Part shown: piece by piece, positions 45,349 to 58,612 of the stretch | How the letters are laid out: the number at the start of each line of letters is the position of its first letter | Numbering within the stretch: position 1 is the first letter of the stretch | Assembly: GCF_009914755.1 (NCBI RefSeq) | Contig: NC_060939.1 | Length of the DNA stretch: 64,000 bases | Direction: 5' to 3' (one strand) | DNA from: the human T2T-CHM13v2.0 reference genome, Homo sapiens | Made by a program: the position numbers and the translations under genes | Notes under the pieces: generated by a model | Database searches by the model: none | What the model saw: the letters and a program-made list of their open reading frames with translations, nothing else | Told to the model about the DNA's origin: nothing

Positions 45349-45446
45349 AGATCACAGATTTAACTGTTTAGAAAGAAATAATAAAAGTACAAGAATAAGA
45401 TAGTGGTGAATATTTATACAACCTTGCCATCAGAATTGGGAAGACC

Positions 45447-45802
<356 letters not shown>

Positions 45803-46144
45803 TTAAAAAAAAAAAAAAAAGTAACAGATAAACTTGACTAAAAGGTGTTTTTTTAAATGTCTAAACGTTTTTAAAAAGCCATACGTGCAACTTAAAATTT
45901 TGTTTTACAATGTTTATGAAATAAACCTCTTAGAAATCAATGATACTGCTGAACACCTTAAAGGGTTACATTTTAACCAAAAAAATATTTTTTTTAGCTC
46001 TCTGTCCCCAGGGTAACTCCAGTGTTAAAGAGGAAGCAGTACACACTCACACACTGTGGGTGGGAGTATAATTGGGTCTGTCTTTCTGGAAGGCAATTTG
46101 AGGCAATACATATTACAAGTCCTAAAAATGTGCATTCTTTTTTA

Positions 46145-46540
46145 TTGTTGCAACAGGATATGTTATGCTGCAGTTAACCAATTAACCCTGAAACCCCAGT
46201 GTTTAACACCTAAGGTTTATTTTTTTTATTCATGCTACCCGTCCATGCAGGGTGGCAGGTGAGGGTAACATGAAGGGAGAAGGGGGCTGCTCCACGTAGT
46301 CACTCAGGGATCCAGGCTTGACAGAGGCTCTGTCCCTGGGACATCAGCATTTGCTGAGGGAAGGGAAGGCAGACACTGCGGAACTGCTCATGGGCATTTC
46401 AGTGTCTGTCTGGAGCTTCATGTGTCACCTGTGCTCACATTTCATTGGCCAGAATTAGTCATAGGACCCTGAATGAGTACAAGGGGGATGGAGGGTGAAG
46501 TCCTGTATGCCTCAGAAGGAAAGGAGCCGCAGATAGGGAG
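46145..46540 (-). mobile_element. Old MaLR LTR (MLT1J/K-like)
   Basis: GTTATGCTGCAGT..AAC, GTCACTCAGGGATCCAGGCT, GCTCACATTTCATTGGCCAGAA..AGTCA motifs. Confidence 0.6.
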
Positions 46541-47501
46541 GCGCGTACTTTTGAGCCAGTGATAACTTCAGAAAATTACCCTAAGTCAATATTCTGAAAA
46601 GTTCGCAAGGATGTTAGAAGAACTTCATTATGTCCTTGACTACAACAGTAAAAAAATTGGAAACAACCTAAGTATCCAAGGTACAACCTACATAGAGGTT
46701 AAAAATAATGTAATTACATATTTACTGATATAGAAATCTATTCACAATATAGCATTAAAAGGGATAAAAGTTATAAAACAGTATGTATAATATGATTATA
46801 TTTCATGGAAAAAGTAATAAAACACACACAGATGCATAGAAAAAAGTCTGAAAAGATAAAAACTGAAATGTTAACAGTGGTTATAATCAGATAGTGTAAT
46901 AACAGGTGATTGGTTTTTTTCCCACTCATCTGGAATTTCTTTAAAAAAAGTATTATATTATTTATGTACCAAGAAAGCATTTAAAAAGGGAAACAAAAAA
47001 CAGTACTCTTGGGAGAGTTCACTTATCCACTCCACTCTTCTCATTAAACTCTTATATTTGATGCAAGGAATGTCTTCTTGCCTGTCACATCATAAGACGC
47101 TGCTCTCACAACTGACGTAAAGTCGGGACTTCCTATTAAAAGCAGTACAAGAGGGTAAAAACAATAGCACAGCCTCACAGCTGTGAATCATCAGTCCTGC
47201 CCATCACTCGCCAAAACATGCACCACTTGGGACTCTGCCGTGGTTTACGGGCTCCTGCCAGGTGCCCTGGGGGTCTCTAGGGCCCAGGAGAACACTTTGC
47301 CGCAAGGCTCTGCACCGTCAAAGAGAGTAGGGCACTGAACAATTCCACTTCAAACAAAAGATCCACAAACTTCTGGTAAATGGATTCCAGAACATAGATC
47401 ACCACCACCAGAAATAGAAAATAAAGTCTCCTCTTAGGTATACATATTTTTAATTAAAAACGCTTCCTTACTGTTTCTCCCACTTCCCCTTTTGCTGTTT
47501 C

Positions 47502-47503
<2 letters not shown>

Positions 47504-47540
<37 letters not shown>
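47504..47540. repeat. (CA)18 microsatellite
   Basis: Direct reading. Confidence 0.97.
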
Positions 47541-47542
<2 letters not shown>

Positions 47543-50500
47543 GTGCGCACATACACAGTCGTAAGTTCACTAGAACATTTCATCCAGCTCAAAATTCTTA
47601 CCAAAGCCACCTTCCTGCCTGGGTAGTGTTTAAAGCCAAACTAGAAAACCCATATTCTTGAGATCGGTACATGGAAGAGGCATGTAAGTAACATTTTCTA
47701 GACTAGACAGGAGTCCCTCTCCATGCCAAAACCCCCATCATCTCCAGAATATATACTGTTTCTTTGGGGAAGCCATGTACTCAGAAATTAGGGTCCTTTT
47801 AAAGCATGCATATCTTTAAAAATATACATGGACATTGATCTTGCAAGCTTCTAGTTTGCAAGTGCTTCAAAATCTAGTGATGTCTCAAGGCAATGAAAGA
47901 ATTTAGCTTCTAGAAGGATGAATGGAACAAACAATCCACTTCTGGATATTAGCAAAGACCAGTGGCTGCCTCTTTTGAGTGCCTGTGCTAAGTCACATCA
48001 TGTCTGCCTTCTTCCCAAAGGTGCACCTGGCCACATGTGAGGTCCCACCATAACGTCCCCAGCGCGTCCTGTGGTTGGCTCTCATCCAAAATTGTCCCTG
48101 GTTTCTATAGAGAAGGAGACTTTTCTGAAGAAAAAGAGCCCTGTTAAAATAGGCAGAGCATGATGTTTCTGGGAGGCATATTCACTGTATTACGCTCCAC
48201 CCTTTACTTGATGTTTTGCATCAAATGTAGTCCACAGCAGGCAGGCGCCTGCCCACCACCATCAAGGCTGTGCTCATGGAGCCTGCAGGCTGGAGACCAA
48301 CTGCCCTCTGTGCACAGTCTTCCTGGGTGTTGATCAGGTCCCGTTCAAGCTGCTCCCACCACTGAGCAAGGCTGCTCCCTCCCCAGAAAGCCAGAAAGGA
48401 GTGCATCTCCAGGAAGGGGCGGGCAGTGGACAGGCCACCCCCAGCCAGAACTCTGTTTCCATTCCTGCGATCTCAGGGCCTCCCACTTGTTTTGAACATA
48501 CTGCTCTGCCTCCACTAAAGCCATCAATAAAGAACTCAGGGTGTGTTTGTTTTCCATAGAACTGGCCTCACAGGCAGAGACATCATTTTAACCAACTTTC
48601 TTGGAAAGATTCCTGCAAAACCAGAATCATTCCAAAGTGGAACTTATCATTTATAACAAACATTCCTAAATGTCATTCGGATTCACATTTTTGTAAACTG
48701 TCCTTTGCTGTGGACACATATTGAAATAATATAATTGTAATATGCTCTTATCAGGATATAAGAATTATTTTCTCTTGGCACCCACGGGTCACCAAAGGGA
48801 CTAGAGTGGCATGTCTCAAAAGATACTGCATCAAGGTCCAGGAGACCTGGATGCAGAGTCCACGCTGCTGGTCACCGCTGGGTGACCCTGGGCGTGTCAC
48901 TTTCTCTGTCTCTACTTCCCATCTGCAAAATGCAGGTGACAGTCTCTGCCCTGTTCTCTCACCCAATTAAAGTCTAATGTGATGGCAGGCAGGAGAGATG
49001 AAACTGAGGGGCCACACAAGTTCGAGGTCTTGTGTGGATACTGGTTCTCTTTCCCTCCAAGGCCTGACCATACTGTCCCAACCTGTTGCTCTGGTGGTTT
49101 TACATTCCCCGGGCGGCACTAGGAAGGCTTCCTCGCCACTCCCAACTTTAAAATGCATCCAGCTGGGTCTTGACTGGAATGAAAGGTTATTTTTAAAGGT
49201 CCTCTTGGTTAAAGGGTTCCAAGTTTTAGTTGATCTTTTTTAGACACCAGGTTTCATGGAGGCAGAAGGAAAGCTTATCAAGGTATAGCAGCCAGTCTTG
49301 GAAACACCAAAATCAGGAGACCTCAATTGCAAACTGAAAATGCAGTCCTGGCCCTGCAGCTTCCAGGCAGCACAAGCGGCTGCGATGCTCACGAGTGAAT
49401 GGCTTACATTCTGCCTGAGTCTGGCGTAAGGTTATGACAACAGTACTGAGACTGGGCTGGATGTCAGAATAAACGAGGGCACGTCACACCAGCTCAAGGG
49501 AACACCGTCCAGGTTGCTCCAGGGCCACTATTTTAAAAGAAAGTAAATGAAAAGACACTGAGATCTTCAGAGAAAAGCAGAAGGAATGGAAAGTTCAGTG
49601 CTTTTGTAAAAGCTGTTGTGCTTTCACGGCCAAGCCCAACTTACCTTTCCCTTTAAGGGAGTCCTTACTACTCTTAGCTCCAGGGTTGCAACAGCTGTAG
49701 AGCTGGACACACAGCAGGAGGAATCCAAGTTCCTCACCTGCTGCCCACAGGATGCTCACCACACTCTTCAGTGCTTGGTGAACTGGGATCATGGGTCTCA
49801 ACTGCACAGCAGCCCACTGTGGAAATGGCTCTTCCAACATTTTCTACACCTCCACTTCTGGAGTTTTCTAAAGTCACTGCTATCAGAATGTACAAGTGGC
49901 TTCAGTAACTATTCTATGCATGTCACCTGAGCATTCTCTTGTCAGTCAAGCGGGCTCTTTCTAGATTCATAAGTCACCTGATAAAGGCAGAGGTCATCTG
50001 AAGACCCCAGTGGAAGGTGTTTGGAACCCAGTGTCCACTGCTCCCAGGCAGCCACACACCCAGCCTGCTGCTGGGCAGACCAGGCTGGCTTGAGAATCCC
50101 CTTATCCCGCTGCTGGGCCACGGGGCTGACTCATAGCCAGCTCGGCTCTCTGGTCTCCTGGTGCAGCCAGGAGGGAGCTGCTACCAACTGTCCTGAGAGC
50201 CGTCTGGAGCTCTGGGGAAAGGGAAGGGCCAGCAGCAGACTACCCCGAATCACAAAGATGGCTGGCCACGCTTTCCACTTCCTGTCTGCCAAAAGCCCTA
50301 TGTACTCAACCAAAGCCCCCACTCACCTTGCGGGAGCTCCTCTAAAAGTGCCTTGGTGCTCCAGATGCCCAGCCTTCCCTTCTATCCACATCCCAAACAA
50401 GACTCCCCAGCTCAGAGAGGCGTCTCCGTGAGGGGAAGGGAAGGAGAGCAGGAGGACTCGTGTTCACCTTGGGGCCCAGGGCACCTGGGTTCGGATCCCA

Positions 50501-51262
50501 TCTCCCTCCTTCCTCGGGTTGTTTGCTCATTAATCCAAATTCAGCAGGGAGAAAGTCTAACCACGTCCATGGGAGAAGGTTTCTAGAAGGAGTAGTCCTC
50601 TTAGGTGGTTCTCAAAGGGGTGAGGGGGCACCAAAGCCTCCCCCCTGCTCAAGGCATTTAGAGATGTGTGGGGCCAGGGATTCAAGCCATTATTGCCACA
50701 CACGGGCAATCTCCCAGGGCAGGATGCCAACAGCACCCACAGGCCCGCTGGCCCCACTGAGCAGCTCTGTGAGAGAGGAGAGGTTTATGGCTGCAGTCCC
50801 TTCCCTAGGAGAAACTGAAAAAGGCAGGACGCAGAGCTGGGTGGAACACCTCTGTCATGAGGGCCAAGGCTTGTCAGCTGAGCTGCTCTCTCCCCCCGAA
50901 ATGCCTGTGATTTCTTCCCAGCTGTCCAGACCCATAAGACAATCCTACCCTAGGTACCAAGCCCTGGGCAGCCCCTATACCTGGAATCCCTGGGTCACCA
51001 TTCCTAGGGGAGAAGGTGATTCGAGGGTCTGGAGAGCCCCAGGGGCAGAGCATCACGGATGGGCTCCAGGGGCCTGAGACCAGCTCCTGCTGCTTCCCCT
51101 TCTCCCTCCCTGCCCCAGGGCCACCCGAGCCCCAGCTTGGGTTTGACCAGACAGTGGTATTCATGTCTGTTAACTACCCAGCACAGCAAAGATGGTGCAT
51201 CATTCGACAGGGTCCCAGCTCTGCTGTGGGGTTTGATTAAAACACTAAATTCTGTGTACACA

Positions 51263-51284
51263 TTTAATTGAACAAATATTTATT
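51263..51284 (-). terminator. HOMER2 poly(A) signals (AATAAA 51284-51279, ATTAAA 51268-51263) at an L2 3' end
   Basis: Tandem hexamers about 710 nt after the HOMER2 stop; GTGCCTAGCACAATGTCTGGCACAAAGTAGGTGCTTAATAAATATTTGTT on - is an L2 terminus. Confidence 0.65.
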
Positions 51285-51994
51285 AAGCACCTACTTTGTG
51301 CCAGACATTGTGCTAGGCACCCTCACTGTGTGCTGTTCCCACAGCACAATCATCTGCTCAGAAATTAAAACCAAGAAAAGGAACACTGTTGCAACCGTAC
51401 AAACTGGGGGGGCGGGGGGCAGGGGGCAGTAGCGTGGATGCAGGCAACTCCGGGCCAGAAAATGCACCCACCAGAAGCTTGTTTTCCATCTCTCAGAAAG
51501 TTTCCACTAAACAGTTGTTTTAAAGCCTCTCGATGTTGACAGAGAGGAATGTTGTTCTCTCTGTGCCCCCCGGGGCTGGTGTCTGGTGGACATTCAAATA
51601 CTCTGAATGCTATTTGATAAAAGGAGCCTGATGGCTTGGTGTAAAGAATATCAATATTTGGATTACAAAATGCGTGTTTTTTCAGTTCATATGGTTGCAA
51701 CAGCCCTTATGAAAGATATAAACATCCCTGCCCTGACTGCATAAATGTTGAAGGTAGACCTAGTTCTGGATTCCTGAGTCAGAATCTTCCAGTTGTCCAC
51801 AACCTCACAAGGCCAGAGAAGCGAGAGGAGATTTCTATTCTGAAAAGGAGTGAGTGGACGGCACAACTGGTTTGGAAACACGACAAACTGCGCCTGCATT
51901 TACAGAAGCAATGCACACAGAAGAACGTCCTAGAGCTATCTGGTCTCGCACACACGCTTGGGACTCACGGGCGGGGCCTGGGCCTCGGCCAGCC

Positions 51995-52183
51995 CTAGTT
52001 ATCGGTGCCCAGCTTGGAGAGCCCTCGGCGGAAGTCATGCAGGTCGTCAATCTTCCCGTCCAGCACCTCCAGGAAGCTCTTCAACTCCACCTTCAGGTGG
52101 CGCTGTCGGTATTTGCTCTCCTCAATGTCTGTCTTTAAGGAACGCACTTTGTCTTCCAGGTTTTGATTGTCTCTCTCTGCCGC
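51995..52183 (-). CDS. HOMER2: HOMER2 last coding exon (C-terminal leucine zipper, stop)
   Basis: GGCCAG|GCG; [62 protein letters not shown]; 189 nt. Confidence 0.96.
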   Translation of the reverse strand, partial: AAERDNQNLEDKVRSLKTDIEESKYRQRHLKVELKSFLEVLDGKIDDLHDFRRGLSKLGTDN

Positions 52184-53430
52184 CTGGCCAAGCAAAAGGG
52201 AGAAGGGTCTAGAAAACTGAGTGACGAGAGTCATCCTTCAAAACCTGCTACAGCTGAACCAACCATTCTCCATCCAATCTGAGGGCCTGGGCCAGGGCTT
52301 AAGCTGCCTAGAGACATGCTACCCCAGCACACAAGCCTGTGACCAAGACATCAGAAGGGAAGCAGCAGGCACTTCAGTGACCTCCTCCTTTCCTGCCTGC
52401 TCTCCCACAGAGGGACCAACACCCAGCCTGAAAACCCAAGACCCAACAAAGCAGGCAGAACGCAGAGTCCTGCCTGAGGGAGACCTCACACAGGGCCCAG
52501 CAGGGAAAGTCTGAAATCCCTGTCTGAGTGGCTAGCAGAGACCACATTTCAGTTCCATCCTGAGAGACAGAACAGATGGGAGAGTGGCTCGTTCCCCTGG
52601 TCCCACAGAGAGGCGTGGCCTCCTCAGCCCCAGGCCAGCCTCTGGCCCTCAGAGAGGAAGGACTGGCCATGCCAATGACTCAGGGACAGCCAGTCTGTGC
52701 ACCCTCTGATGCTGTTACCATGGAGATGTTCTGTGGCGCTGGGCCCCACAAGCCTACAGAGGCACATCTAGGTAAATCACAAGCAGGTTCCCAAAGACAG
52801 GACAGCTGTGAGTCCTTAAATGAGCCATAAGCCTTTAACTCTTCATATCAAATAAGAGCTTTATGTTGAGGGAATAAACAGAGACCTTTCTGAACATGTG
52901 CACAGGAAGCAGTTACCAATTCCAGGGTCATGTAACTACATGAAGCGCCGTGTGCATATCAGAGGACCTGCAGGGAAGAGGCGCTCCGAGGTGGAGGAAG
53001 CCCTGAAAATCCTCATTTTAGTGATCAGAAATCTGAGGATAGGGAGGAAGGCCTGCCCAAGGTCAGTGCCCAAGGCCACTGGCAGGGGAGTGGCTGAAGT
53101 GGCCCCACACCCTGACCCTGGGCTCTCAGGCCGCCCCCCCGCTCCTCACCCCCACCAGGGATCTGCAAGGAAACAGTCGTCTACACTGTGGTGATGCACA
53201 GGGGCCTTCATAGAACTTGCAAAACCAAAAGACAAACGTTGCTGAGTCTGCCCCGGGGGCAGGGGTGGATGCGGTGCCATCTGGCGTGCAGTCACTGCCA
53301 GCTTTTTGTGAATAGAAAATCTCTCCTTCAGCATTCTCAGTGTGAAAGTGATAGGAAGCAGGAAAATGAGTACCATGACATTTGTGCCTTCTTGTCTGAG
53401 CCAGGATGGCTGTGCCCCCAACCCACGTAC

Positions 53431-53511
53431 CTCTAGCTTCTCAGAGACATATTCGCACTCTGACATGAGCTGAGGTATGATTTCACTTTGTTTTCGGAGA
53501 TCTTTCAGCTC
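53431..53511 (-). CDS. HOMER2: HOMER2 coding exon (penultimate)
   Basis: ATGTAG|GAG; [27 protein letters not shown]; GAG|GTACGT; 81 nt. Confidence 0.94.
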
Positions 53512-53855
53512 CTACATGAAAAAAATTTGAGATAGAACATGAAAGCAAGTCAGATAAAATATATTCTTGAAAATCACCAATGTGTGCACGCTCGTGGAAG
53601 CAGCTTTGGGACCCTGTCCTGTTTGCATAGACAGTGATAGTGACCATGCGAATACTTCATCTCAGGGAATTTCAAGGGTGAAGTGTGTCACACGCCTTGT
53701 CACGTGAAGTCTGTACACACCACCACAAGGCAGATGTTTTTCCGATTTCTGTTTTATAAGTGGAGAAAGTGAGGCCTAGGGAGTTTGGTAACATGAGCAC
53801 GGCCTCCAACATGTGTGCACTTAACTGTCTGCCCCCTAGAAAATAAATGACTGTA

Positions 53856-54076
53856 GGCCAGGCATGGTGGCAGTGAGTGCAGGTGGCTGGCGCCGGGAGC
53901 TGGGCTGCGGTGTGGTGGGCACGTGTGTGTGGTGCTCTCATGGCGTGTGTCTATAGTCCCAGCTACACAGGAGGCTGAGGTGGGCGGAATGCTTCAGCCC
54001 AGTTCAAGACCAGCCTGGGCAACATAATGAGACTCCATCTTAAATAAAATAAATACATTTTAAATTTTTTTAAAAA
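53856..54076 (+). mobile_element. Alu monomer carrying a ~73-bp non-Alu insertion
   Basis: GGCCAGGCATGGTGGC [insert] GTGTGTCTATAGTCCCAGCTAC...GAGACTCCATCT plus A tail. Confidence 0.75.
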
Positions 54077-54421
54077 AGAAAATAAGTGGTTACATCATGG
54101 GTCTCTAGCGGCATTAATTTGGCAGCAAAACTCAACTTCTGAGGACAGATGACAAACGCATCTGAGTGTCTTGTGAAATGTTCAGCTCCCTTGTGGATCT
54201 GCACGACCAGCTATAGAACAGGGGTAACAGGGAGGCGGCAGAGGTCATGGGGAGGCCTTTGCTCCAGCCTGTCTGCACCTTGCTGTGGCTCCCAGCTCTC
54301 TCTCCGTGCTGCTATCCAGGCAGCTGCCAGGGCCAGTCATAGGCCCCAAGACACCTGCTGTGTGCCACCCCGCAAGGCCAAGAGGACGCCAAGGGGCCCT
54401 GCTCGGAGCACCATTACTCAC

Positions 54422-54532
54422 TGTCTCCTTTTCTCGGAGCTCTGCCTCCAGCTCCTCGATCCTCCTCTTCAGCTGCGTGTTCTTCTCCTTCTCTCTGTTG
54501 ATCTCACTGCATTGTTCTTCCAGCTCATCAAT
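54422..54532 (-). CDS. HOMER2: HOMER2 coding exon (coiled coil)
   Basis: TTGAAG|ATT; [37 protein letters not shown]; ACA|GTGAGT; 111 nt. Confidence 0.93.
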
Positions 54533-56402
54533 CTTCAATACACACCACACAGGAAAGCAGGGATGCCAGCTTAACATTAGTCATTAAGCAAGAGATCACC
54601 ACAGCTATGCTTCTCTTTTCTTTTAAAATAAACCCTAAACTAATCCACTTATAAGATTTTCTTTGTGGCTATGAACAAACCCCATGCAGCTCCATCATGG
54701 GGCTGCCTGCACCGCTTGCATGGGACCTGCTTTGCACATGATGCCTTACCAGAGGCATCTTACCAGCAGAGCCAAATAAGTAATAAAGCCTGCCTTCAAG
54801 ATGCTCTGGGCTTCTGGTTTCCTCTCATGGCCGTGAAGAAGTAGATTCAGATTTGCTTTAAGGATCCATCACAAGCAAGGGCCAAGTGTCCCCTGAATTG
54901 ATCTGCTTTTCTCCAGAATGACTGTTACACCACTGTAATCACGTCCTGCATTATTCTGTTTCATCTCAAGGGTTTAAGCCAGCAGGGTAGAAAAATCAAG
55001 CAACCTCATGGTACAGTGGCTGCCGAAAAGGGAAGCAATGACATTTCGAATATTATAAATCAAGGTGACCTTCCCCTGGGAATGCACGTGGAAGGGGCCT
55101 GGCCTGTGGGCCTCTTCCCCAAGGCTGAATGGCAAATCCCTACACCGCATCTTTCCCTTTCCAAGGCTGACCCCTCAAAACAGTTACCTGTGTGGAACAG
55201 GGGTGCAAGGGCTTGGCACTCTCACACTGCCATTGAATGCTGGGGGCCAAAATGTGTGTGCAGAGTGGACAGCAGGCGTGGACCCCACATGCAACACAAA
55301 AGCACTGTAGTGAAGTCCCCCCGAACAGGCAGCAGCAGTCCTTGACATGAAGGGCACCGAGGACACTTCCCAGAGGCAGGCTGCACCAAGCCTTGGGGTC
55401 TGAACTCCCAGCCCCTGCTGCTGCTGGAAACCACACCAACTTCCGCCTCCAACCCTGGGAGGCAAGCTTGTGAGATGTCGACTCAGGGAGGTCGACACGC
55501 CTCCAAGGGAGCGAGTTGTGCGTGATGCTCTTCCTCCACTCCCCCCGCACTGCTGCTGGCTATCAGACTGAGACCAAAGTGAGAAACTCAGCTCTTTTCT
55601 TGAAAATGCAAGAAAGGGCAATCGATCCCTCTGGCAGGCAGATCTGCCAGGCCTCGGGTGGGAACGTGCAAAGTCAGCAATTGGCCTGGTGCCCAACCGT
55701 CAGCACCAAGATGAAAAAATGACACGAGACACTTTTATGTGGCATTAGCATGAAAGTAAGACAGTGTGACAGAGGGCTGGGATGCAGGGGCCCTCCAGGT
55801 CGGGCAGGGCAGGGGAGAAAAGGGGGTCAAGGGGGAGTGAACACCAATCTAAATGGGACCTGTCCCCCTAAAACCCTGCACTGACGGAGCATACTCCAAA
55901 GCCTATGTGTTTCTAGTGGGAGGATTAACCATGATCAAAACAAGGTTAGCAGAGAAACCTCAAGACCTCAATGGGGGGTCTCTGGCCACCCCAAAAGCAC
56001 CTTATGAACTAGAGTGTGACTAATGACAGGGAAGGTTACAGGTGCATTTTCAAACAAATCAAAATGCCAGGATGTCAAGGTCGGAGAGTAGAGGGCGTAC
56101 AACAGGTCAGCACCTGTTTACCCTCCTCACGCCTCAAGCACCATAATCCTTTTCTCAACTCCAAATTTACATGTTTAGAAACAATAATGTGAATGGAAGC
56201 AGGACTTCCAAGCAGGCGCAACTCACCATCTCCCAAGTCTGTTTCTCACCTACCCTCTGGGTCCCCTTCCTCCACGGAGGGTCACTGAACCACAGAAATG
56301 CTGAGGGAGGGCACTCTGAGAGAGACAGGGCTGACACCTCCAGTTTATCTTCTCCTCAGTAAGAGGAATTATAAAACTTGGTTCAGAAAAGGTAACGAGT
56401 CT

Positions 56403-56709
56403 GGCCAGGCACAGTGGTTCACGCCTGTAATCCTGGCACTTCAGGAGGCTGAGGCGGGTGTATCACCTGAGGCCAGGAGTTTGAGACCAGCCTGGCCAAC
56501 TTGGTGAAACCCTGTCTCTACTAAAAATACAAAAATTAGCCAGGCATGGTGGCAGGCGCCTCTAATCCCAGCTACTTCGGAGGCTGAGGCAAGAGAATCA
56601 CTTGAACCTGGGAGACAGGAGGCTGCAGTGCACTGAGATCGTGCCACTGCACTCCAGCCTGGGTGACAGAGCGAGACTCCATCTCAAAAAGAAAGAAAGA
56701 AAATAAAAC
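56403..56709 (+). mobile_element. Alu (AluS-like)
   Basis: Full dimer, TSD AGAAAAGGTAA(C/T)GAGTC. Confidence 0.94.
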
Positions 56710-56923
56710 CAGAAAAGGTAATGAGTCAATTATGTACGTGGTTAAATTCCTACTAAGAAAGGCAGGGAGGGGGAGGGACGTTCCCATGGGAGAGGCAGCA
56801 AGTCTTCCTCTGGCCATGGGGATAAGGGCAAAGTTGGGGAGGGAGAAAAAGGGTTGTGGGTGCCCCCATCTCCCACTGCCCACACCAGCTGGCCTGGGGG
56901 CTCACTGCATCCACCGTACCCAC

Positions 56924-57080
56924 CTTGTTGCGGAGCCGGTCATTCTCATCACGGCAGATGGAGAACTGCCTCTTCCACTGCTCCACACTGGCTGCCGACT
57001 CCTGCAGTGCTGTGGTCAGCCGTGCATTGCTCTCCCGAAGGGTCTGCAGCTCGATCTCCCACTTCTTCACGTTGGCTGCG
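56924..57080 (-). CDS. HOMER2: HOMER2 coding exon (coiled coil)
   Basis: CTGCAG|C; [52 protein letters not shown]; AAG|GTGGGT; 157 nt. Confidence 0.95.
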
Positions 57081-57334
57081 CTGCAGGACAGGGACGGGCG
57101 GTGACGACGGGGTGGGTGCTGTCCCGTCTGGCTCCGCCCGCGTGGGGAAGGGGACTCCGCCATCCCTCAGCACACCCCTGGGGGGCCCACGCCCTCTCCC
57201 CACAGTAAGCTGGCAGGTGGGTCTGGCTACCCTGATCCAGGGCCAGGAGGGACTGGCCCCTCTCTCTGGTGTGAACATGTCATCCTGTGGTCTATCTTCT
57301 TAAAGAATCACCTTAGAAGAGAACACAATTCTTG

Positions 57335-57664
<330 letters not shown>

Positions 57665-58612
57665 CTAGGCATGAGGGCTGCAGGGCGGGCAAGGCCCATC
57701 CCATCCTCCTTACTGGCCGCCCTGCTTCCTCCTGAAAGGAGTTTCATGGGTGGACCGGGTGACCTTCAAGAATCGTATGAAAGCCATGGACGGACCTCCA
57801 GGACGCTGGGTTTAAACAAGCAAGAAGCCAACAGCTTGGCTCCGGGGAATAATGGTCCCACTGTAACCTGTGCCTTCTCAGAGCCTTTGAAGGAATCCAG
57901 ATCTGAGGGCCTAGGGCTTGGAGACAGGAGAGAGTGACCAGGAATCAGTGCCCTGGGGGCACAACAGGGGTCTGGAGGGAGCTCTGGCTGGCCCATATCC
58001 CCCCGGGGTGTGAGGAGACCAGGAATCTGAGGGACACCTCCGCTGTCACCACAAAGGCCTCATGTTTCATCTGATTCTACATGCTTGGTGAGGAGGACGT
58101 TTAAAACAAAACCAAACTGGAATCAGGTTCCCCTCATTGTTCTCTTCTGACCCTCCTTCAATTTCCTTGCTAGGAGCCCACACATCTGTGGCGCTGAATG
58201 TGACTGGAGGTGACAGGGCAGAGCTGCACGTGACAAGCCCATGGGGAGGTTTCCGCCTGGCTAAGTCCTCTTTCTAAAGGCTCTTCCTAATTTTTTTAAG
58301 TAAATACAATGGTGTGTCTGAATAGATCTGTGTTATCTTTTATCCCACAACCTCAAGGACCTCGAGGACTTGGAAAATATGTACTTTCACTTTCAAACAC
58401 CACTGACTGAAGAAATAATAAAATGTTATTATCTGGTGAATTCTAGAGTTGATGACTGACAATTTAAGCTAATTTAGGGAAATAGCTTCCTGCCCATTCT
58501 TGTAGTACCTCACTTGCTCATTAAACTCAGATTTGAAAACATTTATTTTTAGGGGTGAAACATTTTCACCCAGGCAGCCCACTGTGACTTAAACAACCAA
58601 AAACAGCTCTCA

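Noticed and set aside
50460-51077. 205-aa plus-strand ORF near the HOMER2 3' end
   Set aside because: GTG start in GC-rich sequence with overlapping ORFs in several frames and no recognisable protein features.
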